Below, piece by piece: positions 20,712 through 31,147 of a DNA stretch of 64,000 bases. This stretch comes from an uncultured Gemmatimonadales bacterium (GTDB lineage: Bacteria > Gemmatimonadota > Gemmatimonadetes > Gemmatimonadales > Gemmatimonadaceae). The stretch is taken from assembly GCA_963850905.1 (NCBI GenBank), contig CAWKMU010000003.1, forward strand, positions 672,001 to 736,000, in the 5' to 3' direction. How positions within the stretch are numbered: position 1 is the first letter of the stretch; each line of letters opens with the position of its first letter. The notes beneath the pieces are model-generated. The model saw only the letters and a program-made list of their open reading frames with translations. It was not told the origin of the DNA and searched no databases. Both the position numbers and the translations under genes were made by a program.

Positions 20712-23187
20712 ATGGCTCGCACGGATGTGTGGCTGGCAGGCTGGGGACAGGACCTGCGCATCGCAACACGACGGTTTCGCCGGACACCCGGGTTCGTCGC
20801 GACCGCGGTGCTCGTTCTCATGCTGGGCATCGGGGCGGCGACCGCCATTTTCACTGTCGTCCGCGGTGTGCTGCTCCGACCGCTGCCCTACCCGGACGCG
20901 GACCGGATCGTTCAGCTGTCGGAGGTCAATCGAGCGGGCCATCGGACGCAGTTCGCCGATCCGAACTTCGACGACCTGCGTGCGCAGGCACGGAGCTACA
21001 CCGGCCTCGCTGAGTTCTCCAATCCAATTTCGGAATCGGTCTCGGGCGACATCACAGCCGTTCGGGCATCGCTCGTTCTCGTTTCGCGCGACTTCTTCGG
21101 CGTCCTCAGCGTCCGACCGATCCTTGGTCGCAGTTTCGTGCCGGAGGAACAGCGCGAGGGAGGGACACCGGCTGCGCTCCTGAGCTCGGGGTTCTGGCAA
21201 CGCGCGTTCGGGGGCCGTCGCGATGCAATCGGCAAGCGGCTGACGATTGGCGATCGCACGTACACCGTCATCGGCGTCATGCAGCCGATTCTCGACCTCC
21301 CCGCTGCGACCGATATCTGGGTCTCGCGCGAGCTCGCGTTCCCTCATCTGCCGAGCCGCACCGCACACAACTTCAAGGTGATCGGGCGCCTTCGGGCGGC
21401 GGCGAGCCTATCCGCTGTGCGGCGCGAGGCCACCGCGGTCGCGCGCGCCCTCGCAGCGCAGTACGGGTCGGAAACCATGATGGAGGACGTTGCGGTCATA
21501 CCACTCCGGGAGCAAATGGTCGCCGCAGCCCGACCGACACTCCTGGTCCTGCTCGCGGCCTCGGTCGTGCTGCTGGTCATCGCGTGGGCCAACGTCGCGA
21601 ACCTCCTCGTGGCGCGACTGACGACGCTGCAGGGTGAGTTCGCCGTGCGGATCGCGCTCGGCGCCTCGCCCGCGCGGCTCATTCGCCAGTGTCTTTCGGA
21701 ATCTCTTCTCCTGGCTGGCACCGGCGGCACATTCGGCGTCGTGCTCGCCGCGATCGGCACTCGAGCCCTGCTCGCCATCGACCCCGCGCGGCTTCCACGT
21801 GCCAGCGACGTGCACCTCGACCCAGTGGTTCTCGTGTTTGCCGCAGTGATGGTCCTTGGCACCGCGGTGGTGCTCGCCGTCCTCGCGAGCTGGCGTGTCG
21901 CGCGAAACGATGTGCGGGAAACGATCGCCGCGTCTGGACATGCGAACTCCGCGGCGCTGTCGTCGACGCGACTCCGCCAGGTCCTCGTGATCGGCCAGGT
22001 CGCGATGACCGTCGTGCTGCTGATTGCAGCTGGGCTCCTCGGCCGCGGCTTCGTCGCCCTGCTCGCAGTGGACCCCGGATTCCGGAGTGAAGGCAGAGTG
22101 GTGCTCGACCTCTCGATCGCCGCGAGTGATTCCGCCTCCGAGGTGCGGCGCACCCAGTTCTACCGCGAGCTGCTCGCACGACTCAGTGGCCTGCCCGGCG
22201 TGGCGGCCGTGGGCGCAGCCAATGGCATCCCCCTCGACGCCTTCAACGCCGCAGACGGCACGTACATCGAGCTGCGCTCCCCCGATGAGAAGCTCACCGC
22301 CCACGACCTGACGACGCTCTGGAAGGACCACACCCGAGCCGGAAACGCGGAATTCCGCGTGGCAAGCCGTGGCTACTTCGCCGCCATGCACATTCCGCTG
22401 CTCGACGGGCGCCTCTTCGATGAGCGCGACCGACCGGACGCGCCCACCAATGTGGCTGTGATCAGCGCTTCTTTTGCGAAGGCTCGATGGCCGGGCCGGA
22501 GTCCCATTCGGGAAGTGGATCCAATTCGGGATCGATGGCGACCCCCGCCCTTTCATGATCATCGGCATCGTCGGTGACGTGCGCGAGGCGGGCCTCGAGA
22601 CCCCGCCGCTCCTCATGTTCTACGCGGATTATCTCCAACGCCCCGTGTACTCCCAGCGCATGGACGTGGTACTCGCCGGCACGGGTAACCCCGCGCTGAT
22701 GGCGAAGACCGCGCAGGCAACCGTGCGCACGCTTCGACCCGACGTCCCGCCGCGAGTCCGGACGATGGATGCGATCGTCGCGTCCTCAGTGGCCGGCCGC
22801 CGGCTGGCGCTCTTTCTCGTCGGCGCCTTTGGCGCCGCCGCCCTTATCCTGTCAGCGTGTGGCCTCTACGGCGTGATCTCGTTCCTCGTCGCACAGCGCG
22901 GACAGGAGCTGAGCCTGCGGATCGCGTTGGGCGCACGGCGACACGACATCGTTGGGCTCGTGCTGCGCGAGGGCGGCGCGCTCACGGCGGCCGGTGTCAT
23001 CATTGGCGGTGCCACCGCATTGGCCGTCACCCGGATGTTGGCCGGCCTGTTCTATGGCGTGGGCGCGGGTGACCCCGTGACGTTCATCGGCATGATCGTC
23101 CTCGTGAGCATCGTCGCGCTCGCGGCATCCTGGATTCCGGCCAGTCGCGCCGCACGCGTCGAGGCGGCGCGGGCGCTACGCGCGTAG
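20712..23187 (+). CDS. ADOP-type duplicated ABC permease, +1 frameshift near 22507
   Basis: GGAGG RBS; QDLRIATRRFRRTPGF; ORFs 20634-22577 and 22474-23187 join at SPI/GKWIQFG. Confidence 0.88.
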
Positions 23188-23234
23188 GGGCGGCGGCCGC
23201 CGTTGCGGCTTCACCACGGACCAGCATCTTGCGG

Positions 23235-23258
23235 GTAGGGGCGACGCATGCGTCGCCC
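23235..23258 (+). repeat. REP element; a degenerate copy at 23184 supplies the permease stop codon
   Basis: GTAGGGGCGACGCATGCGTCGCCC. Confidence 0.9.
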
Positions 23259-23310
23259 GCCGTTGCGGCCCGCGCAGGCCATCAGTACGACGTCACCCGC
23301 CGCCCGCGTT

Positions 23311-24480
23311 TCACAACGTCGACGCCGTATCGCCGGGCAGCATCACACGGCGCATGAGCGGCAGTGGCAAGTTGCCCTGCCGCATGAACTCATCGTGGAA
23401 GCCGCGCAGCGTATACGCTGACCCCTTCGCCCGCTGATAGTCCGCACGCAGCTTGTAGATCTCGAGCTTGCCAAGCGTGTAATAGAGATAGGTGGGGTTG
23501 TACGCGCCGCGGCGCGCTTCCTCGAACGCGTTGGCCGGCTCCTGGAAACACTGCTTGACGAAGTACTCGCTCGCGCCCTGGGGCACCGAGAGCCCCTGGG
23601 TGTGTTCCTTGATGCCGACCACGTAGCGGCAGTCGCGAAGCAACGCATCCGACAACTGCGCCAGCTTGGCTTTCGGATCCCCGTTCCCCCACCCCTCCTC
23701 GAGCATCATCTGCTCGCCGTAGTGCGCCCATCCCTCGACGTTGGACCCGGGGAATACCAGCTTCCGCACCTTCGTCGGCACCTGCCCCGCAAAGAGCGCC
23801 TGCACATAGTGTCCCGGGAAGGCTTCGTGGACCGTGGTGTTCTCGAGCACTGGTCGGTTGAATTGCCGGAGGTGCTCTTCCACGTGCCGCGCATCCCACG
23901 TGCGCTCGGGCGGCGTCACGTAATAAAAAGCTTCCGTCGCCTTGGTCTCATACGGACCAGGGGCATCCAACGACGCGGTGCTGCCGTTCCGCGCGTAGGG
24001 CGGCGTCTCCTTGACGATCGGCATGGCATCCGACGGCAGATCGACGATCTGATGCACGACCAGGAACTCTCGGGTGCCAGCCAGCGTCGCGCGGGCATCG
24101 GGGATGAGACTCGCAACCGTCGGATGGTCGGATTCGAGCGACAGCATGGCTTGCTCCGGCGTCTTGCCGGGAGCGACAGCCTGCGCCGTCGCGACGAACG
24201 CTTGTCGATCCTTCGCAAGATTGGTCTCGCCGATCGCGAGGAGCCGATCCAGCGGTATGACGACCAATTCGTCGTACCGAAGCTTGTCAGCAAAATTCTT
24301 TGCGCCGATCGCGAAGCTGCCATGTGACCGGGGCTTGAGGTCCCTCACCAGCCAATCGGTCGCGCCCTGCATGGCCACGGCCAGGGCCGCGGCCTGTGGG
24401 CGACCGGTCCCACACGCAGCGCCCGCGCCCAACGTGAGCAGTAGCAGGCCGGCGGTCGTACGCGCTCTGGCACGGTCCAT
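23311..24480 (-). CDS. DUF885 family lipoprotein, apparently internally shortened
   Basis: Lipobox GAAC; HEAFPGHYVQ, EGWAHYGE, YLYYTLGKLEI, FHDEFM. Confidence 0.8.
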   Translation of the reverse strand: MDRARARTTAGLLLLTLGAGAACGTGRPQAAALAVAMQGATDWLVRDLKPRSHGSFAIGAKNFADKLRYDELVVIPLDRLLAIGETNLAKDRQAFVATAQAVAPGKTPEQAMLSLESDHPTVASLIPDARATLAGTREFLVVHQIVDLPSDAMPIVKETPPYARNGSTASLDAPGPYETKATEAFYYVTPPERTWDARHVEEHLRQFNRPVLENTTVHEAFPGHYVQALFAGQVPTKVRKLVFPGSNVEGWAHYGEQMMLEEGWGNGDPKAKLAQLSDALLRDCRYVVGIKEHTQGLSVPQGASEYFVKQCFQEPANAFEEARRGAYNPTYLYYTLGKLEIYKLRADYQRAKGSAYTLRGFHDEFMRQGNLPLPLMRRVMLPGDTASTL

Positions 24481-24492
24481 TGGTCGATCCCT

Positions 24493-24638
24493 GCGGGCGC
24501 TAAAGCGCCCGAGAAAGTAGATGTACAGAAAGTAGAAAGTAGACGCACGGCCCGCCACAAAAACGCGGCTGGGGTGTCGTCTACTCTCTACTTTCTACTT
24601 TCTACTCTCTCGGGCGCATTAGCGCACGCGGCGCCCGC
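24493..24638. repeat. Heptamer-hairpin element, inverted doublet (AAAGTAG / CTACTTT)
   Basis: GCGGGCGC-TAAA-GCGCCCGAGAAAGTAG-N6-AGAAAGTAGAAAGTAGACG ... CGTCTACTCTCTACTTTCTACTTTCTACTCTCTCGGGCGC. Confidence 0.88.
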
Positions 24639-24646
24639 GCTCCGTG

Positions 24647-26587
24647 CTAGAACAGCCGGGAGTCGATCGTGATCTTGAGGTTGAGCGCGTTCTGCGACGG
24701 TTCCTCGAGCGACGTGTTGTCGCCCGTGTGCGCGTAGCTGAGGCCGAACCCGATTAGCTGCGGTCCGAAGAAATGGTGGGTCAACATCCCCTCGGCCCCA
24801 TAGCCCGTGAGCCACCCGTGTGTGCTGGCGCCGTACCCGCCGGCCGACGCATCGGCCGACTCGTACTGCAGCACGCCGAAGCCGCGCACCCGCACATCCC
24901 AGCCCCTGTACGCGTGCGGCAGCAGGTAGTACTCGAGGCCCGGCTCCAGACCCACGTACGTCACGCTGGCGCCGCTGGCCGACACGCGGGTGAAGTCGAG
25001 GTCACTGCCGATCCGCAGCTGTCGCGTGGACCCGAGACCGGCGTACCCGCCCACCGTCTGCGTCGGCAGCGCGAACGTGTACTCGTTGGGCACTGACGCG
25101 CCGTTCATTGCACCATTGCTCGTGAAGCCGAGCTCGGAGCCATAGCGAATGGAGAACGCCGGGAGGAAGTTGTCCTCGTAATTGGCGTAGTTGTCCTCCG
25201 CACCGCCCGGCGCGTCGAACATGAGGCCGAGGTTGAAGGCGTAGTAGTTCGCGGCCGGCAGATTCTCATCCGTGTTCTGGAAGTCGTGGCCGTACACCAA
25301 CCCGGCGCGCATGCGCCCCTCGCGCCAGATGGGAAGCTCGGCGCCAAGCATGCCCGACGCCGCGAACTGATGCGCATATGCGCTCGCGCTTGCCCCGCCC
25401 AGTTGCGAATAGTTGTACCACAGGCCCGGTCCCAGGAACAACCGGACATCGCTGGAGCGGTTGCCACCGAGAAAGTAGATGTCGGGCTCCAGCCCGAAGT
25501 TGACGGACGTGCTGGAGATACCAGGAGTCGATGGGCCGTACTCCGATGAGGTCGACGCCTGCTTGAGGTACGTGCCGCCAAGGTAGAATCCGAGCGATAG
25601 CTTCCGCGCGGCGTTCCACTGAACGAGGTACTGCGCGGACGGGATCGCGACGGTCGTGATCGTCTGTGGGTTCGCCCCAGCCAGAAGGCCCGTCGCCTTG
25701 CTCCAGGTCATGCCGGCCGCCCAGCCGATCGTGAACTCGGAGCTGTAGTTCCCCTGCGGGCCAACCGGAGCGGCGCGGTGCGTCGCAGCGGAAGCATCGG
25801 CCTTTTTCTGAGCGACCACGGGTGCCGGCGCCGGAGTGACCGCAGGTGCCGCCGGAGTGACCCCAGGTGCCGCCGCCGGAGCGACCGCAGGCGCCACCGG
25901 TTGCGCAGGTGACGCCGCTTGCGCAGGGGCGCTCGCCGCCTGAGTGGCTACGCTCGTCGGCGCCGCTCCCGTGAGCGGGGCACCATCGAAACCCAGGCTG
26001 TGCCCCGAAATGACTTCGACCCACGACGGCCTCTTCGGGTCCCAATACAGGCTTTGATGCGTCGTGCGGTCGTACGCGTGATCTGGGTCACCCTCGTATT
26101 GGTGGACGTCATCTGCGTCAGCGCGAGCGTTGACGCCGACCACCGCCGGCTGGACGACGCCGTGGTGCAGCACGGGCGGCGCCGGAATAATTGTCCCGTC
26201 GCTCGTCTGCATGCCGTTGAAGCCCAGATTTTGGCCACTCTTGGTATCAACCCAAGACTTCTTATCCGGGTCCCATACCAGATCCTGGCCGGTCGCCCCG
26301 TCGTGGGCGTGCCTGGGGTCAGTCGCGTCTTGACGCACATCATCGGCGTCCGCGGCCGCAGCTGCGCCAGCTCCGGCTGGCTGTACGATGCCGTGGTGCA
26401 GAATCGGCGGCGCCGGGATCACGGCGACGTTGGGGAGTGGCTGATTCGTTTTTGAAGCTTTCAGGCCCACGGGGACTGCGGTCTTTTGAGCTGTCAGGGC
26501 TGCTGGGATTGCCGTCAGAGCGACGAGCAGGCTAGTCCCGAACAGACCCGCCTTCAACGAGAGAATCGTGCGGCCGCTGGCGTTCAT
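24647..26587 (-). CDS. Secreted/outer-membrane protein: duplicated N-terminal domain, Ala/Pro linker, beta-barrel-like C-terminus
   Basis: AAGGAG RBS; signal peptide; two PAPPxLHHG..DADDV..WDP..SWV repeats; amphipathic beta-strands; terminal Phe. Confidence 0.75.
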   Translation of the reverse strand: MNASGRTILSLKAGLFGTSLLVALTAIPAALTAQKTAVPVGLKASKTNQPLPNVAVIPAPPILHHGIVQPAGAGAAAAADADDVRQDATDPRHAHDGATGQDLVWDPDKKSWVDTKSGQNLGFNGMQTSDGTIIPAPPVLHHGVVQPAVVGVNARADADDVHQYEGDPDHAYDRTTHQSLYWDPKRPSWVEVISGHSLGFDGAPLTGAAPTSVATQAASAPAQAASPAQPVAPAVAPAAAPGVTPAAPAVTPAPAPVVAQKKADASAATHRAAPVGPQGNYSSEFTIGWAAGMTWSKATGLLAGANPQTITTVAIPSAQYLVQWNAARKLSLGFYLGGTYLKQASTSSEYGPSTPGISSTSVNFGLEPDIYFLGGNRSSDVRLFLGPGLWYNYSQLGGASASAYAHQFAASGMLGAELPIWREGRMRAGLVYGHDFQNTDENLPAANYYAFNLGLMFDAPGGAEDNYANYEDNFLPAFSIRYGSELGFTSNGAMNGASVPNEYTFALPTQTVGGYAGLGSTRQLRIGSDLDFTRVSASGASVTYVGLEPGLEYYLLPHAYRGWDVRVRGFGVLQYESADASAGGYGASTHGWLTGYGAEGMLTHHFFGPQLIGFGLSYAHTGDNTSLEEPSQNALNLKITIDSRLF

Positions 26588-27055
26588 GGATGCTCCTTGT
26601 CCGTCGAACCACCGTACGTGTGGGTGCCGCGCATCGGCCGCGAGTAGCGTCCCGGCTGGCATGACACGGCGTCATTGCAGTCGCGCCCTCTCGGGGCAAA
26701 GCGCAACCCTCGAGAGTCGACTCATATTCGACGACGGAAGTGAGAGGCAGGCCACATCGTCCGGGCCTAGGTCAAATTGCCTCAAACTGTTAGCTCGATC
26801 CCTGAGGCCCCCGAACGGTCAGCTCGAGCCCCGCCATCATTGTACGGCCGAAGGCGCGGGATGACGTGTCGGGGCGGCGTTCAGGAAACTGGTAGTCATG
26901 CTGGGGCGGCCTGCACGGCGCCGGCAGGGTTCAGCATCGTCGCCGGCGGAGTATGTTGACGATAGCCCACATGGACGGGTCCGTACTGCCATCGCTCGCG
27001 ACCGTACTTCCCACGCCATCCGAGGTCCCAGGCACTCGCTGTGACGGTTAGCCAG

Positions 27056-27778
27056 ATGCGAACGTACGAGCTGCAGGTGTCTCGCTCGGCCGTTGATGAC
27101 GTCCCCGCACGAGTCGCCACGTTCGCGGTGGCCTTGGAAGAGCGCATGACCGTCCTGGATGCACTCTTTCGCATCCAGTGGAGTCAGGATCCGTCGCTGT
27201 CATTTCGATGCGCCTGCCGAGTCGGCATGTGCGGTACGTGCGCCATGACGATCAACTCGGTGCCGAGGCTGGCCTGCAAGACCCGGGTCGCAAGGCTGCA
27301 GTCCTCGACCGTCACGGTCGCTCCGCTCCCCCACTTGCCGGTGATCAAGGACCTCGTGGTGTCGCTCGAGCCCTTTTTCGAGCACTGGAAAAGGATCAAA
27401 CCGGCACTGCATTCGTCGAACAGAGACTCTCCGGAGCTCGCGCGCATCCCGGCCGCATCGGCACACGCCCGTGAGACAGCGGGGAAGCGCGACTGTATTA
27501 CGTGCGGTGTCTGTTACGGCGCGTGCGGTATCGCGAGCACCAACGCCGACTACCTTGGGCCCGCGGCGATCAACAAGGCTTTTCTTCGCATCATGGATCC
27601 GCGCGATGATGCGGCCGACGAACGGCTCGAGGTCCTCGATCGCGAGCGAGCGGGCATTTGGCGATGCCATACGCAATTCAACTGCACCGCGGCGTGCCCG
27701 AAGAACATCGACTTGACCGACACGATCGTTCGCCTCAAACGAGCCATGCTGTTTCCGGCCGCACTCAAGAAGCCATGA
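27056..27778 (+). CDS. sdhB: Succinate dehydrogenase/fumarate reductase-like Fe-S subunit
   Basis: CRVGMCGTC..LAC; CITCGVCYGAC; CHTQFNCTAACP. Confidence 0.9.
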   Translation: MRTYELQVSRSAVDDVPARVATFAVALEERMTVLDALFRIQWSQDPSLSFRCACRVGMCGTCAMTINSVPRLACKTRVARLQSSTVTVAPLPHLPVIKDLVVSLEPFFEHWKRIKPALHSSNRDSPELARIPAASAHARETAGKRDCITCGVCYGACGIASTNADYLGPAAINKAFLRIMDPRDDAADERLEVLDRERAGIWRCHTQFNCTAACPKNIDLTDTIVRLKRAMLFPAALKKP

Positions 27779-28176
27779 CGTTCGCAACTCAGGCCACGGC
27801 CGTCAGCGTCGTGCGCAAATACCGCTGGCAGTTCAGCGGCATGGTGGCCCAGGTGATCCAGCGAGTCAGCGGCCTGCTCCTGCTGTTCTACCTGTTCGTG
27901 CACGTCCGCACCGTGCACGAGCTCAGCGGCGGCCCAGTCGCGTTCAACCGCGCACTCGGCCAGTTCAGGAGCCCGTTCTTCAAGCTCCTCGAGATCGCGC
28001 TCCTCGGCACGGTGATTCTCCACGCCCTCAACGGCGTCCGCATCACACTGCTCGACGTGGGCGTCGGACTCAAACGCCAACGGCAGCTCTTCTGGATCTG
28101 GACGGTCGGCATCGGGACACTGGTTTTCCTGGCGGGCGCGATTCCGCTGTTCTTGTTTTCCGTGCTGAAGGACTGA
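27775..28176 (+). CDS. sdhC: SDH-like cytochrome b subunit
   Basis: ATGA overlap; QRVSG, LFVH, HALNGVRI; three TM helices. Confidence 0.85.
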   Translation: MTFATQATAVSVVRKYRWQFSGMVAQVIQRVSGLLLLFYLFVHVRTVHELSGGPVAFNRALGQFRSPFFKLLEIALLGTVILHALNGVRITLLDVGVGLKRQRQLFWIWTVGIGTLVFLAGAIPLFLFSVLKD

Positions 28177-28180
28177 CGCG

Positions 28181-28531
28181 GTGCCATCATCTCGGAACGC
28201 GGTCTGGTGGTACACACAGCGGGTCACCGGCGCGCTGCTCGTGCCGCTGCTGATCGCGCATTTCTGGGTGGAGCACTTCCGGTCGGCCACGCTCTTGCGC
28301 GGCGACCTGAGCTACGAGGCCATCATTGGACGCATCGCCAATCCGATGTGGCAGGCCATCGACATCGCCTTCCTGGCGATCGCACTCGTTCACGGCTTGC
28401 ATGGTCTGCGCACGATCGTGCTCGATTACGGCCGGGTCGGGCCACGTGCCGTCCGCGTCGTCACCGTCACGCTCGTGGCGGTCGGTGCGCTGTGGCTGTG
28501 GTGGGGCGTCCAGGCGTTCAGCAGGCTCTGA
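28181..28531 (+). CDS. sdhD: SDH-like membrane anchor subunit
   Basis: WYTQRVTG, HGLHGLRTIVLDY. Confidence 0.85.
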   Translation: MPSSRNAVWWYTQRVTGALLVPLLIAHFWVEHFRSATLLRGDLSYEAIIGRIANPMWQAIDIAFLAIALVHGLHGLRTIVLDYGRVGPRAVRVVTVTLVAVGALWLWWGVQAFSRL

Positions 28532-30228
28532 TGGCCACCCTGCCTATCGACACGTTGGACGCCGACATCCTCATCATCGGAGCGGGTGGCGCTGGCCTCC
28601 TTGCGGCGCTCCACGCACACGAACGCGCGCCGTCGCTCAGCATCGTGATCGCTGTCAAGGGACTGCTCGGGCAGAGCGGATGCACCCGGATGGTACAGGG
28701 CGGCTACAACGCGGTGCTCGATCCGCGTGACTCCCTCGAACGCCATTTCCGCGACACGATCCAGGGTGGGGCGTACCTCAATGATCAGGAACTGGCCTGG
28801 CGCCTGGTGCAGGAGGCGCCGCGGCGGATCGTGGAGCTGGAAAACAAGGTCGGGTGCATCTTCGATCGCAACGCCGATGGCACGATTCATCAGAAGCCGT
28901 TTGCGGGTCAATCATTTGACCGCACGGTGCACAAGGGCGATCTCACGGGCATCGAGATCATGTCCAACCTGCGAGACTACATCCTGGAGAGCGGTATCCA
29001 GATCCTCCAGGAGTGCAGAGGACTGGACTTGCTCACGCATGAAGGAAGAGTCGGCGGCGCGCTGCTCCTCGATATCCGCGGCGGTCGGCTCATCGCCGCT
29101 CGGGCAAGCGCCACGCTCGTGGCCACCGGCGGAGGCGCGACGATGTACCGGATCGCATCGCCATCGTTGGAGAAGTCGGGCGACGGCATGGCGATGGCTC
29201 GGCGGGCCGGCGCGACGTTCGTGGATATGGAGATGATGCAGTTCCACCCGACCGGGCTGCTGGTGGGCACGTCCATCGCGACCGGCGGTCTGCTCGAGGA
29301 GGGGCTGCGCGGCGCCGGTGCACACCTGTACAACGGACAGGGTGAGCGGTTCATGCAACGCTACGATCCGCAGCGTCTGGAACGGGCGACGCGCGACGTC
29401 GTCTCGCGCTCCAGCTACCTCGAGATCGCTGCGGGCCGTGGGACGCCGAGCGGCGGTGTCTACATCGATGCGCGCCACTTGGGCGAGGAATTTCTCTTGG
29501 CGAGCTTCCCCGGTATGGTCGAGCGCTGTGCCGACTACGGGTTCGACCTGCTGCACGATCGCGTCGAGGTCTCTCCAAGCGCACATTTCCAGATGGGCGG
29601 CATCACGATCGACGTTGACTGCCGCACGCGTCTCGAGGGGCTGTTCGCGGCTGGCGAGGACGCGGGTGGCGTGCACGGCGCGAACAGACTGGGTGGCAAC
29701 GGCGTGGCGGATTCTGTGGTGTTCGGCGGATGTGCCGGTGACAGCATGGTCGACTACATCGGTCGCCACGCGGTGCCGGCCGTCTCGAGCACACAGCTCA
29801 GTGCGCTGAGCAAGCGATGGACGCGGCCCCTGGCGTCGGCAGCAACGGAGCGCCCATTCGAGCTGCGGAAGCACTTGGAAGAGGTGATGTGGGAACGGGT
29901 CGGCCTCGTGCGGGACGCCTCCGGCCTCAGGTTGGCGCTCGCTGAGCTGGTCGAGCTGCGGTCGCGCGCTGCTCGAATCACAGTGGCTGGCGCGGCTGCA
30001 TCCAATCCGGCGTGGAATGCGCTCATGGATGCGACCAACCTGGTCGAAGTTGGCCAGATGGTGACCGCAGGCGCGCTCGCGCGCACCGAGAGTCGCGGGG
30101 CACATTATAGACTGGATTATCCATCACCCGATGCGGCCTGGCTCAAGAACGTGGTGCTGACGCCCACGGGCGATGAACTGACGGTCCACTGCGAACCAGT
30201 CCGGTTCACGCGCCTGGCACCGGTCTGA
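28531..30228 (+). CDS. SdhA/FrdA-family flavoprotein lacking the covalent-FAD His
   Basis: IIGAGGAG; QSGCTRMVQGG; QFHPTG; RDVVSR; AHFQMGG; HGANRLGGNG; RTESRGAHYR. Confidence 0.9.
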   Translation: MATLPIDTLDADILIIGAGGAGLLAALHAHERAPSLSIVIAVKGLLGQSGCTRMVQGGYNAVLDPRDSLERHFRDTIQGGAYLNDQELAWRLVQEAPRRIVELENKVGCIFDRNADGTIHQKPFAGQSFDRTVHKGDLTGIEIMSNLRDYILESGIQILQECRGLDLLTHEGRVGGALLLDIRGGRLIAARASATLVATGGGATMYRIASPSLEKSGDGMAMARRAGATFVDMEMMQFHPTGLLVGTSIATGGLLEEGLRGAGAHLYNGQGERFMQRYDPQRLERATRDVVSRSSYLEIAAGRGTPSGGVYIDARHLGEEFLLASFPGMVERCADYGFDLLHDRVEVSPSAHFQMGGITIDVDCRTRLEGLFAAGEDAGGVHGANRLGGNGVADSVVFGGCAGDSMVDYIGRHAVPAVSSTQLSALSKRWTRPLASAATERPFELRKHLEEVMWERVGLVRDASGLRLALAELVELRSRAARITVAGAAASNPAWNALMDATNLVEVGQMVTAGALARTESRGAHYRLDYPSPDAAWLKNVVLTPTGDELTVHCEPVRFTRLAPV

Positions 30229-30247
30229 GACCCTGGGGCGATGACTC

Positions 30248-31147
30248 ATGGACACGATTTACGATTGCATTGAGACGACCGCCCGCGACCTCTACATCCG
30301 TGCGCTCAAGCACATCCCACCGGATGTGCGCCGCGCGCTGGCCAGCTCGCTGCGCGCCGAGCGGACGGAGGGGAATCGGACCGCCGAACGGGTGATGCTG
30401 ACGATTCTCGAGAACATTCAGACGGCCGACGATCATGACACCATTGTGTGTCAGGACACCGGGCTCCCGATGTTCAAAGTCCGCCTCGGCAGCGGCGTGA
30501 CGATCGATGTCGCGCGCCTGAAGGAGCATCTGCGCAAAGGATGCGAGCGGGCGACTGCGGAGTACCCGCTCCGGTCCAACACGGTGCATCCCCTGACGCG
30601 CAAGCACACCGGGACCAACTCCGGCGAAGGGATTCCCGTCGTGACGCTGGATTTCGTTCCGGGGTCGAATCGTATCGAGATCTGCATGGCGCCCAAAGGC
30701 TCCGGCTCGGAAAACACGAGCTTTCTGCGGATGCTGAACCCGGCGGAGGGGCGACGCGGCGTGAAGCAGTTCGTGCTGCAGTGCATCTTCGAATCCGGCG
30801 CGCGGCCGTGTCCGCCCATGATCGTTGGCGTCGGACTCGGTGGCACTTCGGACGTCGCGATGCATCTCGCCAAGGACGCCAGCACCTTCCGGCTGGTCGG
30901 GTCTGTCAATCCCGATCCCGATGTCGCGCAGCTGGAGCGCGAGCTCCTCTCCGAGATCAACCAGACCGGCATTGGTCCGCAAGGTCTGGGCGGGGCAACG
31001 ACCGCCATGGCGGTGCACATCGAGTGGGCGCACACGCACATCAGCCAGAACCCCGTTGCCGTCAACATTCAATGCTGGCGCGGCGAGCGCTCGGCCGCGA
31101 TCATCGCGCCGGACGGCACCGTGACATTCTCCGATGACGCACACTAA
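30248..31147 (+). CDS. Class I fumarate/tartrate-type hydro-lyase, alpha subunit
   Basis: CQDTG, PKGSGSEN, PCPP..GVGLGG, GIGPQGLGG, VNIQCW. Confidence 0.92.
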   Translation: MDTIYDCIETTARDLYIRALKHIPPDVRRALASSLRAERTEGNRTAERVMLTILENIQTADDHDTIVCQDTGLPMFKVRLGSGVTIDVARLKEHLRKGCERATAEYPLRSNTVHPLTRKHTGTNSGEGIPVVTLDFVPGSNRIEICMAPKGSGSENTSFLRMLNPAEGRRGVKQFVLQCIFESGARPCPPMIVGVGLGGTSDVAMHLAKDASTFRLVGSVNPDPDVAQLERELLSEINQTGIGPQGLGGATTAMAVHIEWAHTHISQNPVAVNIQCWRGERSAAIIAPDGTVTFSDDAH

